64,000 bases of DNA from an uncultured Actinomycetota bacterium (lineage in GTDB: Bacteria > Actinomycetota > Actinomycetes > JAHEKZ01): positions 96,001 through 160,000 of the forward strand of contig CAVURN010000005.1 in assembly GCA_963743915.1 (NCBI GenBank). The letters run 5' to 3'. Below the pieces are notes generated by a model, which had not been told where the DNA came from, did no database searches, and saw nothing but the letters and a program-made list of their open reading frames with translations. The stretch's first letter is position 1. Every line of letters begins with the position of its first letter. The translations under genes and the position numbers were made by a program. Positions 44,468 through 54,556 of this stretch are shown here, piece after piece.

Positions 44468-45780
44468 ATGTCCAAGCCGACGGGTGCGATCTGCAACCTG
44501 GACTGTGAGTACTGCTTCTTCCTGTCCAAGGAGGAGCTCTACCCAGGCAGTGGGTTCCGGATGCCTCCCGAGGTGCATGAGGCCTACATCCAGCAGCTGC
44601 TCGAGGCGCAGCGGGGTGTGGACGAGGTCGTGGTCGCGTTCCAGGGCGGTGAGCCGACACTCATGGGTGTCGAGTTCTTCCGGCGCACCTTGGAGCTGGA
44701 ACGGAGGCTACGCGGCCCCTGGCCAGAAGGTGCTCAACACCCTGCAGACCAACGCCACGCTGATCGACGACGAGTGGGCGAGCTTCCTGGCCGAGCACCA
44801 TTTCCTGGTCGGTGTCTCCATCGACGGACCACGTGAGATGCACGACGCGTACCGCGTCGACAAGGGTGGGAAACCCACCTTCGACCGGGTGGTAGCCGGG
44901 CTCGAGACCCTTCAACGTCACGGCGTGGAGTGGAACGCTCTGACGACAGTCAACGCCGCCAACGGTGACCACGGGCGAGACGTCTACCGCTTCCTGCGCG
45001 ACGATCTCGGGGCCCGTTTCATCCAGCTCATCCCCATCGTCGAACGGGTGACGGCAGACCTCCTGGTCCAGGCAGAGTCAGGCTGGGGATCACGACGCGG
45101 CGAGCGCCCTCTGTACCAGCAACGTGGAGACCTGGTGACCCGGCGGAGTGTGGGAGCCGAGCAGTACGGCCGGTTTCTGATCGACGTCTTCGAGGAGTGG
45201 GGCCGGCACGACGTCGGCGACGTCTTCGTGCAGATGTTCGACACGGCCCTGGCCCACTGGATGGGCATGCACCAGACGGGAATGTGCGTGCACGCCGTCA
45301 CCTGCGGCGACGCCGTGGCCCTGGAGCACAACGGCGACCTCTACTCCTGCGACCACTACGTGGAGCCCGACTATCTCTTGGGCAACATCACCGAGGGAAG
45401 GACCCTGCTCGAGCTCGTCGACTCCCCCCGCCAGACGGGCCTTCGGCGCAGCGAAGAAGGACACGCTCCCCGCCTACTGCCGGTCGTGCGATGTCCGCTT
45501 CGCCTGCAACGGTGGCTGTCCCAAGGACCGTTTCATCACGACGCCCGACGGCGAGGACGGCCTCCACTACCTGTGCGCCGGCTACCAGTTGTTCTTCCGG
45601 CACGTGGACGAGCCCATGAGGGTGATGACCGAGCTCCTCCGCCGCGGCGAGGACGCCACCGGCCTCCGCGACTGGTACCGGCAGGCCGACTCCGCTCGGG
45701 CTCGCAACGACCCGTGCAGCTGCGGGAGCGGGCTCAAGTGGAAGAAGTGCCACGGTGCTCACCCCGCCACCGTGAGGTGA
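44468..45780 (+). CDS. Anaerobic sulfatase maturase (radical SAM/SPASM) with C-terminal SEC-C motif (frameshifts near 44710 and 45440)
   Basis: CNLDCEYC, GGEP, SIDG, YSCDH, CxxC...CNGGCPKD, RNDPCSCGSGLKWKKCHG. Confidence 0.9.
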
Positions 45781-45810
45781 GGATCTGGCGGGCGACGTCG
45801 ACCGTTGCCG

Positions 45811-46320
45811 TCAGGCCGCTGGCAGGAACCGCCGGGTGTCGGGAGCCCAGTCCCTGCCGTAGCCGGCGTCGTGCACGAGCACCGAGACACGGACGTCACG
45901 GTGCAGGCGGATGCAGCTGGACGGGAGTGTGGCCCTCGCGACGGGACGGTCGGTGTCCATGCTGTAGCTGACCCGGCCACACGTCGGACCCGGCATTCCG
46001 TCGTCCCGCCAGCTGTCGACACGCAGCAACGCCCACTCGCTGTCGGCGTACGCAGAGATCTTCCACTCCGGGCCGGCGTTCCTCGGCCGGGAGTCGATGA
46101 AGATCGCCAGCTCGGCTCCGTAGACCACCTTCGTCAGACGGGTCGTCACCCGCAGCCGGTCAGCGGTGTGCACGTGCTCGACGACGACGCGCCTGATGTC
46201 GCTCCGAGAACCGGTGTCGCCAACCTCGTCGTCGAAGCTCACGGTCCCCGCCCACGCGGCCGGGGCAGCGACCAGGCTCAGCACCCCGGTCATCGCGACA
46301 GCCAGCATCGAACGTCTCAT
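45811..46320 (-). CDS. Secreted hypothetical protein
   Basis: Signal peptide MRRSMLAVAM...AAWA; two Cys. Confidence 0.7.
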   Translation of the reverse strand: MRRSMLAVAMTGVLSLVAAPAAWAGTVSFDDEVGDTGSRSDIRRVVVEHVHTADRLRVTTRLTKVVYGAELAIFIDSRPRNAGPEWKISAYADSEWALLRVDSWRDDGMPGPTCGRVSYSMDTDRPVARATLPSSCIRLHRDVRVSVLVHDAGYGRDWAPDTRRFLPAA

Positions 46321-46400
46321 GGTCCACCTCTCGTCGGACGCCCGGAGCGTCATCGCATCCATTACCTCACGGCGCCCGGTGAAACGGTAGGAATGGTCCT

Positions 46401-47666
46401 GTGGACACTGTGGCCCTGGCGTCGATCGCCCTCCTGCTGACGGTCTATGCACTGATCAGTCGCCGGCTTTCGACCACGGTGGTGTCGGCGGCGATGTTCT
46501 TCCTCATCGGGGGCCTGCTCCTCGGCACGACCGGATCAGGAGCGATTGACGAGACCGCCACCAGCTCCACGATCGAGGCCCTCGCGGAGCTCACCCTCGC
46601 GCTGGTCCTCTTCGGCGACGCATCCCGCATCCGCCCTGGAGCACTGCGGCGGGAGGCGACCCTGCCGGTCCGCCTCCTCGGCGTCGGTCTCCCCCTGACC
46701 ATCGTGGCCGGCACCGCCGTGGGGCTCATGCTCCTGCCCGAGCTGCTGCTGGCGGAGGCTGTCGTCCTTGCCATCATCCTCGCGCCGACCGACGCCGCCC
46801 TCGGGCAGGCGGTCGTCACCGACCAGAGGCTCCCGGGCCGAGTACGACAGGCCCTGAACGTCGAGAGCGGGCTGAACGACGGCATCTGCGTTCCGCTGCT
46901 GGTCATCGCGCTGGCCTGGGCGGACGCCGAGAGCGGCGCGTTGTCCGCGTCCGAGAGTGTCGTCGTGACGGCCGAAGCGATCGGCTACGGGCTGCTCGGC
47001 GGACTGGCTGTGGGTGCGGTGACCGCTGTGGCCCTGAAGATCTCGGCACGACGTGGCTGGGTCGACGCGTCGTGGGCTCAGCTCGTCCCGCTCGGAGCCG
47101 CGCTGCTCGCCTACGCGGCAGCGGACGCTGCCGGGGGCAGCGGGTTCATCGCCGCCTACGTCGCGGGGGCCACGTTCGGCATGTTGTACGCCGAGCACGA
47201 CGCCGTCACGCGCTTCCTCGAGGAGTCAGGTGGTCTGCTCAATGCGTTGACCTTCATCGTCCTCGGTGCCGCGGTCGTTGCACCCAACCTCGACCAGGTG
47301 GATCCGACCATGGCGCTCTACGCAGCTCTCAGCCTGACCGTCGTCCGGATGCTGCCTGTCGCGCTCTCGCTCCTGGGCACGGGTGCGCGAGCACCGACCG
47401 TGGGCTTCGTCGGCTGGTTCGGCCCTCGAGGTCTCGCCTCGCTCGTGTTCGCCGTCTACGTGCTCGACGCCGCAGGGCTCGCCCACGCTGATCTGGTGGT
47501 CACCGTGGCGATGACGACTGTCCTCATGTCGGTCGTCGCGCACGGCGTCTCGGCGGTGCCCCTGGTGAACCGCTACGCCGATTGGTATGTGGCACAACGC
47601 AAGGAGTCCCTGATGGAGACCGTGAGCGTCGAGCAGCACCGGACGCGGCACCGAACCTTCGGATGA
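46401..47666 (+). CDS. Cation:proton antiporter (NhaP/CPA1)
   Basis: LAPTDAALG, VESGLNDG, GWFGPRGLAS. Confidence 0.92.
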   Translation: MDTVALASIALLLTVYALISRRLSTTVVSAAMFFLIGGLLLGTTGSGAIDETATSSTIEALAELTLALVLFGDASRIRPGALRREATLPVRLLGVGLPLTIVAGTAVGLMLLPELLLAEAVVLAIILAPTDAALGQAVVTDQRLPGRVRQALNVESGLNDGICVPLLVIALAWADAESGALSASESVVVTAEAIGYGLLGGLAVGAVTAVALKISARRGWVDASWAQLVPLGAALLAYAAADAAGGSGFIAAYVAGATFGMLYAEHDAVTRFLEESGGLLNALTFIVLGAAVVAPNLDQVDPTMALYAALSLTVVRMLPVALSLLGTGARAPTVGFVGWFGPRGLASLVFAVYVLDAAGLAHADLVVTVAMTTVLMSVVAHGVSAVPLVNRYADWYVAQRKESLMETVSVEQHRTRHRTFG

Positions 47667-47679
47667 GACCGGACCGGGG

Positions 47680-50136
47680 TCACTGTCTGATTCGGTCACC
47701 GGCTGGGTCGTACGGTGCACGTCGGTGCAGGACGGCACCACAGACGCGTCCACCCACGTTGACCTCGTAGGTGCCCACCCCGAGGTACTCGGCGGTGACC
47801 GGCTCGCCGTCGCGCCGCCAGACGTAGGCCAGAGCCACGCAGGCGCCCAACGTCTCCCCCCAGGCGGCGGACGTCACCTGCCCAACTGCCTCGCCGTCCC
47901 TGAGCACGAGCTCGCCGCCCCACATCATCACGTCGGGGTCGGACAGCACGAGGGAGACCAAGGACCTCGAGGGACCTTGCGCCTTCACCCGCTCCACCGC
48001 CGCTCGGCCGAGGAAGGGGATCTCCGTCTTGAGCTTGCAGGCAAAGAGCAGACCCGCCTCCACGGGCGTGTAGTCGGGGGTCAGCTCGGCGCCGAAGGCG
48101 CGATACCCCTTCTCGAGGCGCAGTGAGTTGATCGTGTAGTAGCCGGCCGGGCGCAGACCGAGATCCGCGCCTGCTGCAGTCAGCTCCTCGTAGACGCCGA
48201 CAGCGAACTCGGCGGGAACGTACAGCTCCCATCCGAGCTCGCCGACGTACGTGATCCGGGTCGCGCGCACCGTCGCGTGGCCGAGGTCGATCTCACGGCT
48301 CGTCGAGAACGGGAAGCCCTCATCGGTCAGGTCTGCGCGCGACAGGCGCTTCAGGAGCTCCCGGGAGCGGGGACCCATGACGCCGAACACTGCGTACGCA
48401 CCCGTCACATCGACGACGCCGACGCGCTGGTCGTCGTCGATGTGTCGGCGGATCCATGTGTGGTCACGGATGACCGACGCGGACCCGGTCACCAGCAGGT
48501 ACTCCTCCTGGGTGAGGCGGGTCACCGTGACGTCCGCCTCGTAGCCTCCCCGCTCGTTGAGCAGGCCGGTGTAGACCGCTCGACCCGGGGCGACTGCCAC
48601 GTCGGCTGTGCAGAGTCGTTGCAACAGGGCTTCGGCGTCCGGGCCACTGATGAGCAGCTTGCCGAAGGAGGTCTGGTCGAACAGGGCGACGGACTCGCGC
48701 GCTGCGCGCTGCTCCAGGGCGGACCACTCGATCCACGCCGGCTTCTCCCAGCTGTACTGCAGGTGCGGCTCGGCCCCCGGTGGCGCGAAGACGTTCGCCC
48801 GCTCCCAACCCATCTTCGAGCCGAACGCCGCCCCTTCCGCTTCGAGCAGGTGGTGGACGGGTGACCGGCGGAACGGTCTGGCCGTGGTGAGCTCCCGATT
48901 GGGCCAGGGCACTTCGTAGTGCAGGCCGAGGATCTCGGCGACCCGGTCGCGCAGCCACTGGTTGTTCCCGTTGAAGGTGGCGAACCGCCGGATGTCGACG
49001 GCGGTCAGGTCGCTGGTCGGCTCGCCGCCGACGATCCACTCCGCGAGTGCGCGACCGGCGCCCCCGGCCGAGGCGATGCCGACCGAGTTGAAGCCCGCGC
49101 CGACGTAGAAGTTCCGGAGCTCCGGTGCCTCGCCGAGGATGAACTGGTTGTCCGGCGTGAAGCTCTCCGGGCCGTTGTAGAACTTCTTGATCCCGGTGTG
49201 CTGCAAGGCAGGGATGCGCTGCAGTGCGTTCTCCATCAGGATCGAGAAGTGCTCCCAGTCCTCGTCCAGGAGCTGGAACTCGAACGGGTATGGGATCTGG
49301 TCGGGCGACACCCAGGGCTTGGCCTCGGGCTCGAAGCCGCCCACCACCAGCCCACCCACTTCTTCCTTCATGTACGTGTAGCCGTCCGGATCGCGAAGAA
49401 TGGGTAGATCGCGGTGGACCCCCTCGATCTGTTCCGTCACCACGTAGAAGTGTTCGGCGGAGTGCAGCGGCACCGTCACCCCGGCCAGGAGACCGACGGC
49501 GTATGCCCATTGTCCGGCACAGTTCGCGACCACCTCGCACTCGATGGTCCCGCGGTCGGTCTCCACCCCGGTGACGGTGCCGTTCCGTTGCAGGACTCCC
49601 ACCGCGCGTACGCCCTCGAAGACCCGCACCCCGAGATTGCGCGCCCCCTTGGCCAGTGACTGCGTGACATCCGTGGGGTTCGCCGTCCCGTCCCCGGGGA
49701 GCCACAGGGCACCAAGAAGGTCCTCGGTCGCGAGGATCGGGTACAGCTCGCGCGCCCGCTCCGGGGAGATCAGCTCACACTCGAGGTCATAGGCCTCCGC
49801 GGTCGCGGCTGTGCGTTGCAGCTGCACCATGCGGTCCGGAGTCCGCGCGACGGTGACACCGCCGCAGCGCTTGAACCCGGTACCGAGCCCGGTCTCCTCC
49901 TCGAGGCGCTCGTAGAGGGACGCGGAGTACTGGACGAGTCGCGTCCCGCTCTCGGTGGCCCGCAGCTGTCCGACGAGTCCCGCCGCATGCCACGTGGTGC
50001 CTCCGGACAGCTTTCCCTGCTCCAGCAGGACTACGTCGGTCCAGCCCAGATGTGCCAGGTGATAGGCGACACTCGTGCCGACGATTCCTCCCCCGATGAT
50101 GACGGCACGGGCGTGCGAGGGCAGGTCGTCACTCAT
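47680..50136 (-). CDS. GcvT-family FAD dehydrogenase (sarcosine/dimethylglycine dehydrogenase-like)
   Basis: GGGIVG, GTTWHAAG, GPESFTPD, ITYVGELGWE, LRLEKGY. Confidence 0.93.
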   Translation of the reverse strand: MSDDLPSHARAVIIGGGIVGTSVAYHLAHLGWTDVVLLEQGKLSGGTTWHAAGLVGQLRATESGTRLVQYSASLYERLEEETGLGTGFKRCGGVTVARTPDRMVQLQRTAATAEAYDLECELISPERARELYPILATEDLLGALWLPGDGTANPTDVTQSLAKGARNLGVRVFEGVRAVGVLQRNGTVTGVETDRGTIECEVVANCAGQWAYAVGLLAGVTVPLHSAEHFYVVTEQIEGVHRDLPILRDPDGYTYMKEEVGGLVVGGFEPEAKPWVSPDQIPYPFEFQLLDEDWEHFSILMENALQRIPALQHTGIKKFYNGPESFTPDNQFILGEAPELRNFYVGAGFNSVGIASAGGAGRALAEWIVGGEPTSDLTAVDIRRFATFNGNNQWLRDRVAEILGLHYEVPWPNRELTTARPFRRSPVHHLLEAEGAAFGSKMGWERANVFAPPGAEPHLQYSWEKPAWIEWSALEQRAARESVALFDQTSFGKLLISGPDAEALLQRLCTADVAVAPGRAVYTGLLNERGGYEADVTVTRLTQEEYLLVTGSASVIRDHTWIRRHIDDDQRVGVVDVTGAYAVFGVMGPRSRELLKRLSRADLTDEGFPFSTSREIDLGHATVRATRITYVGELGWELYVPAEFAVGVYEELTAAGADLGLRPAGYYTINSLRLEKGYRAFGAELTPDYTPVEAGLLFACKLKTEIPFLGRAAVERVKAQGPSRSLVSLVLSDPDVMMWGGELVLRDGEAVGQVTSAAWGETLGACVALAYVWRRDGEPVTAEYLGVGTYEVNVGGRVCGAVLHRRAPYDPAGDRIRQ

Positions 50137-50163
50137 GCGCCAGAGGCTACGACACGTGCGGGT

Positions 50164-50182
50164 CACAACTCGGAGAGTTGTG
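50164..50182. promoter_or_regulatory. Putative operator CACAACTC-GGA-GAGTTGTG
   Basis: Perfect 8-bp inverted repeat between divergent GcvT and kinase genes. Confidence 0.5.
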
Positions 50183-50321
50183 TGCCCAAATCTCTATCCA
50201 CCGACCCGCAGCGTGGTCTAGAGTCCGACTCCGTCGTGGCGCGTCCAGGCAGACGGCCCGCGAGGGTGCTTGCCGTCAGCCTGTAACGGGGGGCTGTTGT
50301 CGTCGTTCCTCGGAGGGTGGC

Positions 50322-51251
50322 GTGGCGGTTGAGGTCGCAGAGGTGATCGACCCGGACCTGCTCGCGCGCCTGGACGCGGTCCCGGAGCTGGTCGACCGTT
50401 CCGATGTGGAGCTGCTGCCTGGCGGACTGACGAATCGCAACCTCAAGGTGACGACGCGACACGGCGTCTACGTGGCGCGTCTGTCGACGCCGGAGAGCGC
50501 GCTGCTGGCGATCGACCGCAAGAACGAGCACGCCAACTCTGTGGCAGCGGCTGCCTCCGGCGCGGCGCCCGACGTCATCGCGTTCGTACCCGAGGCCAGT
50601 GTGCTGGTCGTGCGCTTCGTCAACGGCCGCACGTGGACCAACGAGGATGTGCTCGCCCCCGAGAACGCGCCTCGTCTGGCGGAGGTGTGTCGCCAGCTGC
50701 ACGACGGTCCGCGCTTTGTCGGCGAGTTCAACATGCTGCGCCTGCAGCCGCAGTACCTCTCGATTGTCCAGGAGCGAGGATTCCGACTCCCCGACCGCTA
50801 CCTGGATTTCGCAGACGCCGTCAGGGCCATCGGCGATGCGTTCGATGCCCGGCCGGTCGGAAGTGTGCCCTGCAACAACGACCTGCTGGCGGCGAACTTC
50901 ATCGACACGGGTGACCGGGTCTGGCTCATCGACTACGAGTACTCGGGGAACAACGACCCGTTCTTCGAGCTCGGCAATGCGTGGAGTGAGGCCGCAGGGA
51001 CGCCGGACGACCTCGAGCGGATCATCGCCGCCTATGTCGGACACCCGTCGAAGCCCCTGACAGCGCGCGCTCGGCTGTGGGGACTCATGAGCAAGTACGG
51101 GTGGACGCTCTGGGCGTCGATCCAGGACGGCACCAGCGACCTCGACTTCGACTTCTGGGAGTGGGGGATGGAGAAGTACGTCCGGGCAGTGGACGAGTTC
51201 GACTCGCCCGAATTCGGACGCCTACTGGAGGAGGTGCGCCGAGCAGACTGA
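50322..51251 (+). CDS. Choline/ethanolamine kinase-like phosphotransferase
   Basis: GGLTN, Brenner motif CNNDLLAANF, LIDYEYS. Confidence 0.88.
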   Translation: MAVEVAEVIDPDLLARLDAVPELVDRSDVELLPGGLTNRNLKVTTRHGVYVARLSTPESALLAIDRKNEHANSVAAAASGAAPDVIAFVPEASVLVVRFVNGRTWTNEDVLAPENAPRLAEVCRQLHDGPRFVGEFNMLRLQPQYLSIVQERGFRLPDRYLDFADAVRAIGDAFDARPVGSVPCNNDLLAANFIDTGDRVWLIDYEYSGNNDPFFELGNAWSEAAGTPDDLERIIAAYVGHPSKPLTARARLWGLMSKYGWTLWASIQDGTSDLDFDFWEWGMEKYVRAVDEFDSPEFGRLLEEVRRAD

Positions 51252-51370
51252 CGGCCGCCGTGCCGAAGATTCTCCCGCGTGTCGCGGAGCGGATCAAGCG
51301 GACGGTGCCACACTTCGATCAAGGTCGCGGTACCGCCGCGGCTCTATGGGGTTTCAAAAGGAGACACCTG

Positions 51371-53062
51371 ATGGTGGACATCTCGAAGCTGGGTGATGAC
51401 GAGAAGAAACTCGCCGAGCTCGGCTACAAGCAGGAGCTGAGTCGGACATGGTCGGGGTTCTCCAACTTCGCCATCTCCTTCTCGATCATCTCGATCCTCG
51501 CCGGTTGCTTCACGACCTTCTACTTCGGCTGGAACAACGGTGGTCCGATCGCCATCTCGCTGGGCTGGCCGCTGATCTCTGCCTTCATCCTCATCATCGG
51601 CTTCTGCCTCTCCGAGCTGGTGTCGGCGTACCCGACGTCGGGTGGCATCTACTGGTGGGCCTCGAAGCTCGGCAGCACCAAGGCCGGCTACTACACCGGA
51701 TGGCTCAACCTGGCGGGCCTGGTCGCCATCGTGGCCTCGGTCGCCTACGGCGCAGCCACCTTCCTCGACTACAGCCTTTCGCGCTTCAGCACGTCGTGGG
51801 CAGAGGGTTACTCGCTCGAAAGGGTCTTCGTCCTCTTCGCCGTCATCCTGGTGTTCGTCTCACTGGTGAACATCTTCTCCAGCCACCTGCTGGCGATCTT
51901 CAACAACATCTCCGTGTGGTGGCACGTCATCGGAGCCTCGTTGGTCGTCCTCATCCTGGTGTTCTTCCTCAAGGACGGCGCGAGCCACTGGGGCTTCAGC
52001 GACGTGTTCTCCGGTGAGGTCAACAACACCGGTGGCCTGTTCGAGGGGGAGACCGGCGGACCAGGCTTCTGGTTCTACGTGCTGCCGCTCGGATTCCTGC
52101 TGACCCAGTACACGATCACCGGCTACGACGCCTCGGCGCACCTCTCCGAGGAGACCCATGGCGCCGCGAACGCAGCAGCCAAGGGAATCTGGCAGTCGAT
52201 CTTCTACTCGGCGATCGGCGGCTGGATCCTCCTGCTGGCCTTCCTCTTCGCGGTGCAGGACGCGGATGCGGTGACGGCTGGAGGCGGAGGTGTCCAAGTC
52301 ATCTTCGACCAGGCGCTGACGCCGAAGATGTCCGGCCTCGTCCTGCTCATCGCCACCATCGGTCAGCTCTTCTGCACCACCGCCTGCCTCACCTCTGCCT
52401 CGCGGATGCTCTTCGCGTTCAGCCGAGACGGTGCAGTTCCTGGTGCGCAGTACTGGTCGAGGCTCAACGCGCAGAGGACTCCGGTCTATGCGGTGCTCGC
52501 CGTGGCCGTCACCGGGTTCATCCTCACTCTGCCGGCGCTGTGGAAGGTGAACATCGGCACACCAGAGGAGCCGATCTACACCGTGACTGCGTTCTTCGCG
52601 GTGGTGTCCATCGGTGTGCTGGGTCTCTACCTGGCCTTCGCAATCCCGATCTACTACCGGTTGAAGGCGGGCAGCGCGTTCAAGCAGGGGTCGTGGAACC
52701 TCGGCAACAAGTGGAAGTGGATGGCACCGCTGGCGATCGGCGAGATCCTCATCACGTCGGTCTACTTCATCCTGCCGCTCTACCCTGCAGGTGCTCCGGG
52801 ATTCATGAGAGGTTTGCTGGGGGCACCCGGCACGGACGAGGTGCCGTTCGACTGGAAGTTCGTCAACTACGCACCGCTTGTCCTGGGCGCGCTCTTCCTG
52901 CTCCTCTGGGCTGGATGGCACCTGTCGGCCAAGAACTGGTTCACCGGTCCGAAGCACACCATCGACCTCCCAGAGGGTGTCACGAGTGCTGAGGAGATCG
53001 AGCTCGAGCACGAGCACGAGGGCTACCTCACGGGCGAGCACGACAAGCCCGGTCAGTCCTAG
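51371..53062 (+). CDS. Amino acid/polyamine (APC) permease
   Basis: LGYKQEL, FSNFAISFS, PTSGGIY, GYDASAHLSEE, FSRDG; AAGGAG RBS. Confidence 0.92.
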   Translation: MVDISKLGDDEKKLAELGYKQELSRTWSGFSNFAISFSIISILAGCFTTFYFGWNNGGPIAISLGWPLISAFILIIGFCLSELVSAYPTSGGIYWWASKLGSTKAGYYTGWLNLAGLVAIVASVAYGAATFLDYSLSRFSTSWAEGYSLERVFVLFAVILVFVSLVNIFSSHLLAIFNNISVWWHVIGASLVVLILVFFLKDGASHWGFSDVFSGEVNNTGGLFEGETGGPGFWFYVLPLGFLLTQYTITGYDASAHLSEETHGAANAAAKGIWQSIFYSAIGGWILLLAFLFAVQDADAVTAGGGGVQVIFDQALTPKMSGLVLLIATIGQLFCTTACLTSASRMLFAFSRDGAVPGAQYWSRLNAQRTPVYAVLAVAVTGFILTLPALWKVNIGTPEEPIYTVTAFFAVVSIGVLGLYLAFAIPIYYRLKAGSAFKQGSWNLGNKWKWMAPLAIGEILITSVYFILPLYPAGAPGFMRGLLGAPGTDEVPFDWKFVNYAPLVLGALFLLLWAGWHLSAKNWFTGPKHTIDLPEGVTSAEEIELEHEHEGYLTGEHDKPGQS

Positions 53063-53074
53063 CCGTTCGCAGAG

Positions 53075-53109
53075 GGAAGGGGCGGTGGCCATCGGCCACC
53101 GCCCCTTCC
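53075..53109. terminator. Intrinsic terminator hairpin between convergent genes
   Basis: GGAAGGGGCGGTGGCC-ATC-GGCCACCGCCCCTTCC, perfect 16-bp stem. Confidence 0.8.
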
Positions 53110-53123
53110 TCATACCCGCGCTA

Positions 53124-53432
53124 TCACCACAACAGGTCGAGCGCCAGGAACGCCGCCATCCCGATTGCGATCGCCAGAAGACCTGACCCGCCGCGCCACA
53201 TCAGCAGGCCCGACACCGCCAGGGCCGCCAGCATCGGGAGGACCGAACCACCGGCCACCTGGGGATGGAGAAGCCCGCCGACCAGCAGGGCGGTGATGGC
53301 ACCGACGCCGGCGTAGCGTAGGGCCGCCTCGACCTGTGGTCCGACCCCGACTCGGTCCAGAACGAGCCAGGGGAGCAGCCGAAAGGCATAGCTGGCCACT
53401 CCGACGGCCAGCACGGCGATCCACATGGTCAC
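53124..53432 (-). CDS. AzlD-like small membrane protein
   Basis: MWIAVLAVGVASYAFR; overlaps the azlC-like stop. Confidence 0.8.
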   Translation of the reverse strand: MTMWIAVLAVGVASYAFRLLPWLVLDRVGVGPQVEAALRYAGVGAITALLVGGLLHPQVAGGSVLPMLAALAVSGLLMWRGGSGLLAIAIGMAAFLALDLLW

Positions 53433-54154
53433 GACAGCGACCTCCTCTCGACGGCGATGCCGGCCGCGGCGGCCGCTGCCATGGCGAGCAGGAGTCCGAC
53501 GCCTGCCGGCAGGGCGGACGTTGCGAGGACGACGCAGACCGCGACAGCTACGGCCGTCGCACCCGGGCGGTTCCCCAGGTGCGGCACCACGAGCTCGAGC
53601 AAGCAGAGTGGAAGGGCGACTCCGAGGACGGCGACACCGCCGGCCATGGCACCACCCACGGCTCCCGCGGTCACGAGGACGAGCCAGCCGAGGGTGAGCA
53701 ACGTTGCCGCACCGGCATAGTGGGCGCGCCGCTCGGTGACGGTTCCTGGACCCTTGGCGCGCTGCTCGGCCACGACCCAGGTGGGGTCGATGACTGTGGC
53801 GGCCGCGAGACCTCGTGCCCACCATCGGCTCCCCGCCCACAGCGGGGCCAGCGAGCTGCTGTAGACGATCACCCGCAGGTTGACGAGCACACCGGCCGCG
53901 ACAGCCACCAGCACGCCTCCTCCGTGGCCGAGGGATCCGAGCACCGCCAGGTGTGCACTGCCTCCGTAGATGGGGAGGGCGCCGCTCCAGGCGGCGACAG
54001 GATCTGCACTCGCCGCGACGGTGGCGCCGAGCAGCAGTCCGAAGGGGGTGATCCCCACCAGGAGCGGAGCCATGGCGCGCATGCCACTGAGGAACTCGGC
54101 GCGCAGATCGGTGGAGGTGACACGAGGTGCTTCACCGAGCATCGAGATCGTCAT
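53429..54154 (-). CDS. AzlC family branched-chain amino acid exporter-like permease
   Basis: PLLVGITPFGLLLG, YGGSAH, LVNLR. Confidence 0.85.
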   Translation of the reverse strand: MTISMLGEAPRVTSTDLRAEFLSGMRAMAPLLVGITPFGLLLGATVAASADPVAAWSGALPIYGGSAHLAVLGSLGHGGGVLVAVAAGVLVNLRVIVYSSSLAPLWAGSRWWARGLAAATVIDPTWVVAEQRAKGPGTVTERRAHYAGAATLLTLGWLVLVTAGAVGGAMAGGVAVLGVALPLCLLELVVPHLGNRPGATAVAVAVCVVLATSALPAGVGLLLAMAAAAAAGIAVERRSLS

Positions 54155-54160
54155 GGGAGC

Positions 54161-54263
54161 ACCGTCTCCGACTGACCTTCCCCCGACCTTCCCTGCCGCC
54201 GCCACGCAACCCCGGCGGGGTCTGCGCTCCGGGAAGGCTCGGGGAACCCCACCCTCCTAGCGT
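54161..54263. promoter_or_regulatory. Divergent promoter pair with 11-bp-spaced GGAAG direct repeats
   Basis: - strand: GGGAAGGTC x2 (54185-54193, 54174-54182) then GACGGT (54161-54166); + strand: GGAAG 54232, GGAAC 54243, TAGCGT 54258. Confidence 0.75.
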
Positions 54264-54310
54264 CCAGCGCGTTCGTCGACAACCGGTCGACACCGCACTG
54301 GAGAATCACC

Positions 54311-54556
54311 ATGACCCTCACGATGTCCACCACTCATGCCGCCCGTGTCCGGGTCGGCACCCCTACCGATCCGCACGCCCACCATCGACGCGAGGCTCTC
54401 GCCCTGCACCGGTCAAGTCGCCGGACCCGTCGGCGCGCTCACCTGGCGAAGTTGCGGTCGACACTTCGCGCCTTCACGGCTCCGTTCGAGTCGCTGGGCC
54501 CGGTGTCGGACGCCGAGCCGTTCGCCGCGGGCTCAGGCGGCCGTGTCGATCTCTGA
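54311..54556 (+). CDS. Small basic hypothetical protein (81 aa)
   Basis: GGAG RBS; lies downstream of a repeat/-10 promoter. Confidence 0.55.
   Translation: MTLTMSTTHAARVRVGTPTDPHAHHRREALALHRSSRRTRRRAHLAKLRSTLRAFTAPFESLGPVSDAEPFAAGSGGRVDL

Noticed and set aside
44468-46320. Radical SAM/SPASM protein as a RiPP maturase
   Set aside because: It lies directly after a CxPxR sulfatase and has anSME signatures; no precursor peptide or RRE domain was seen
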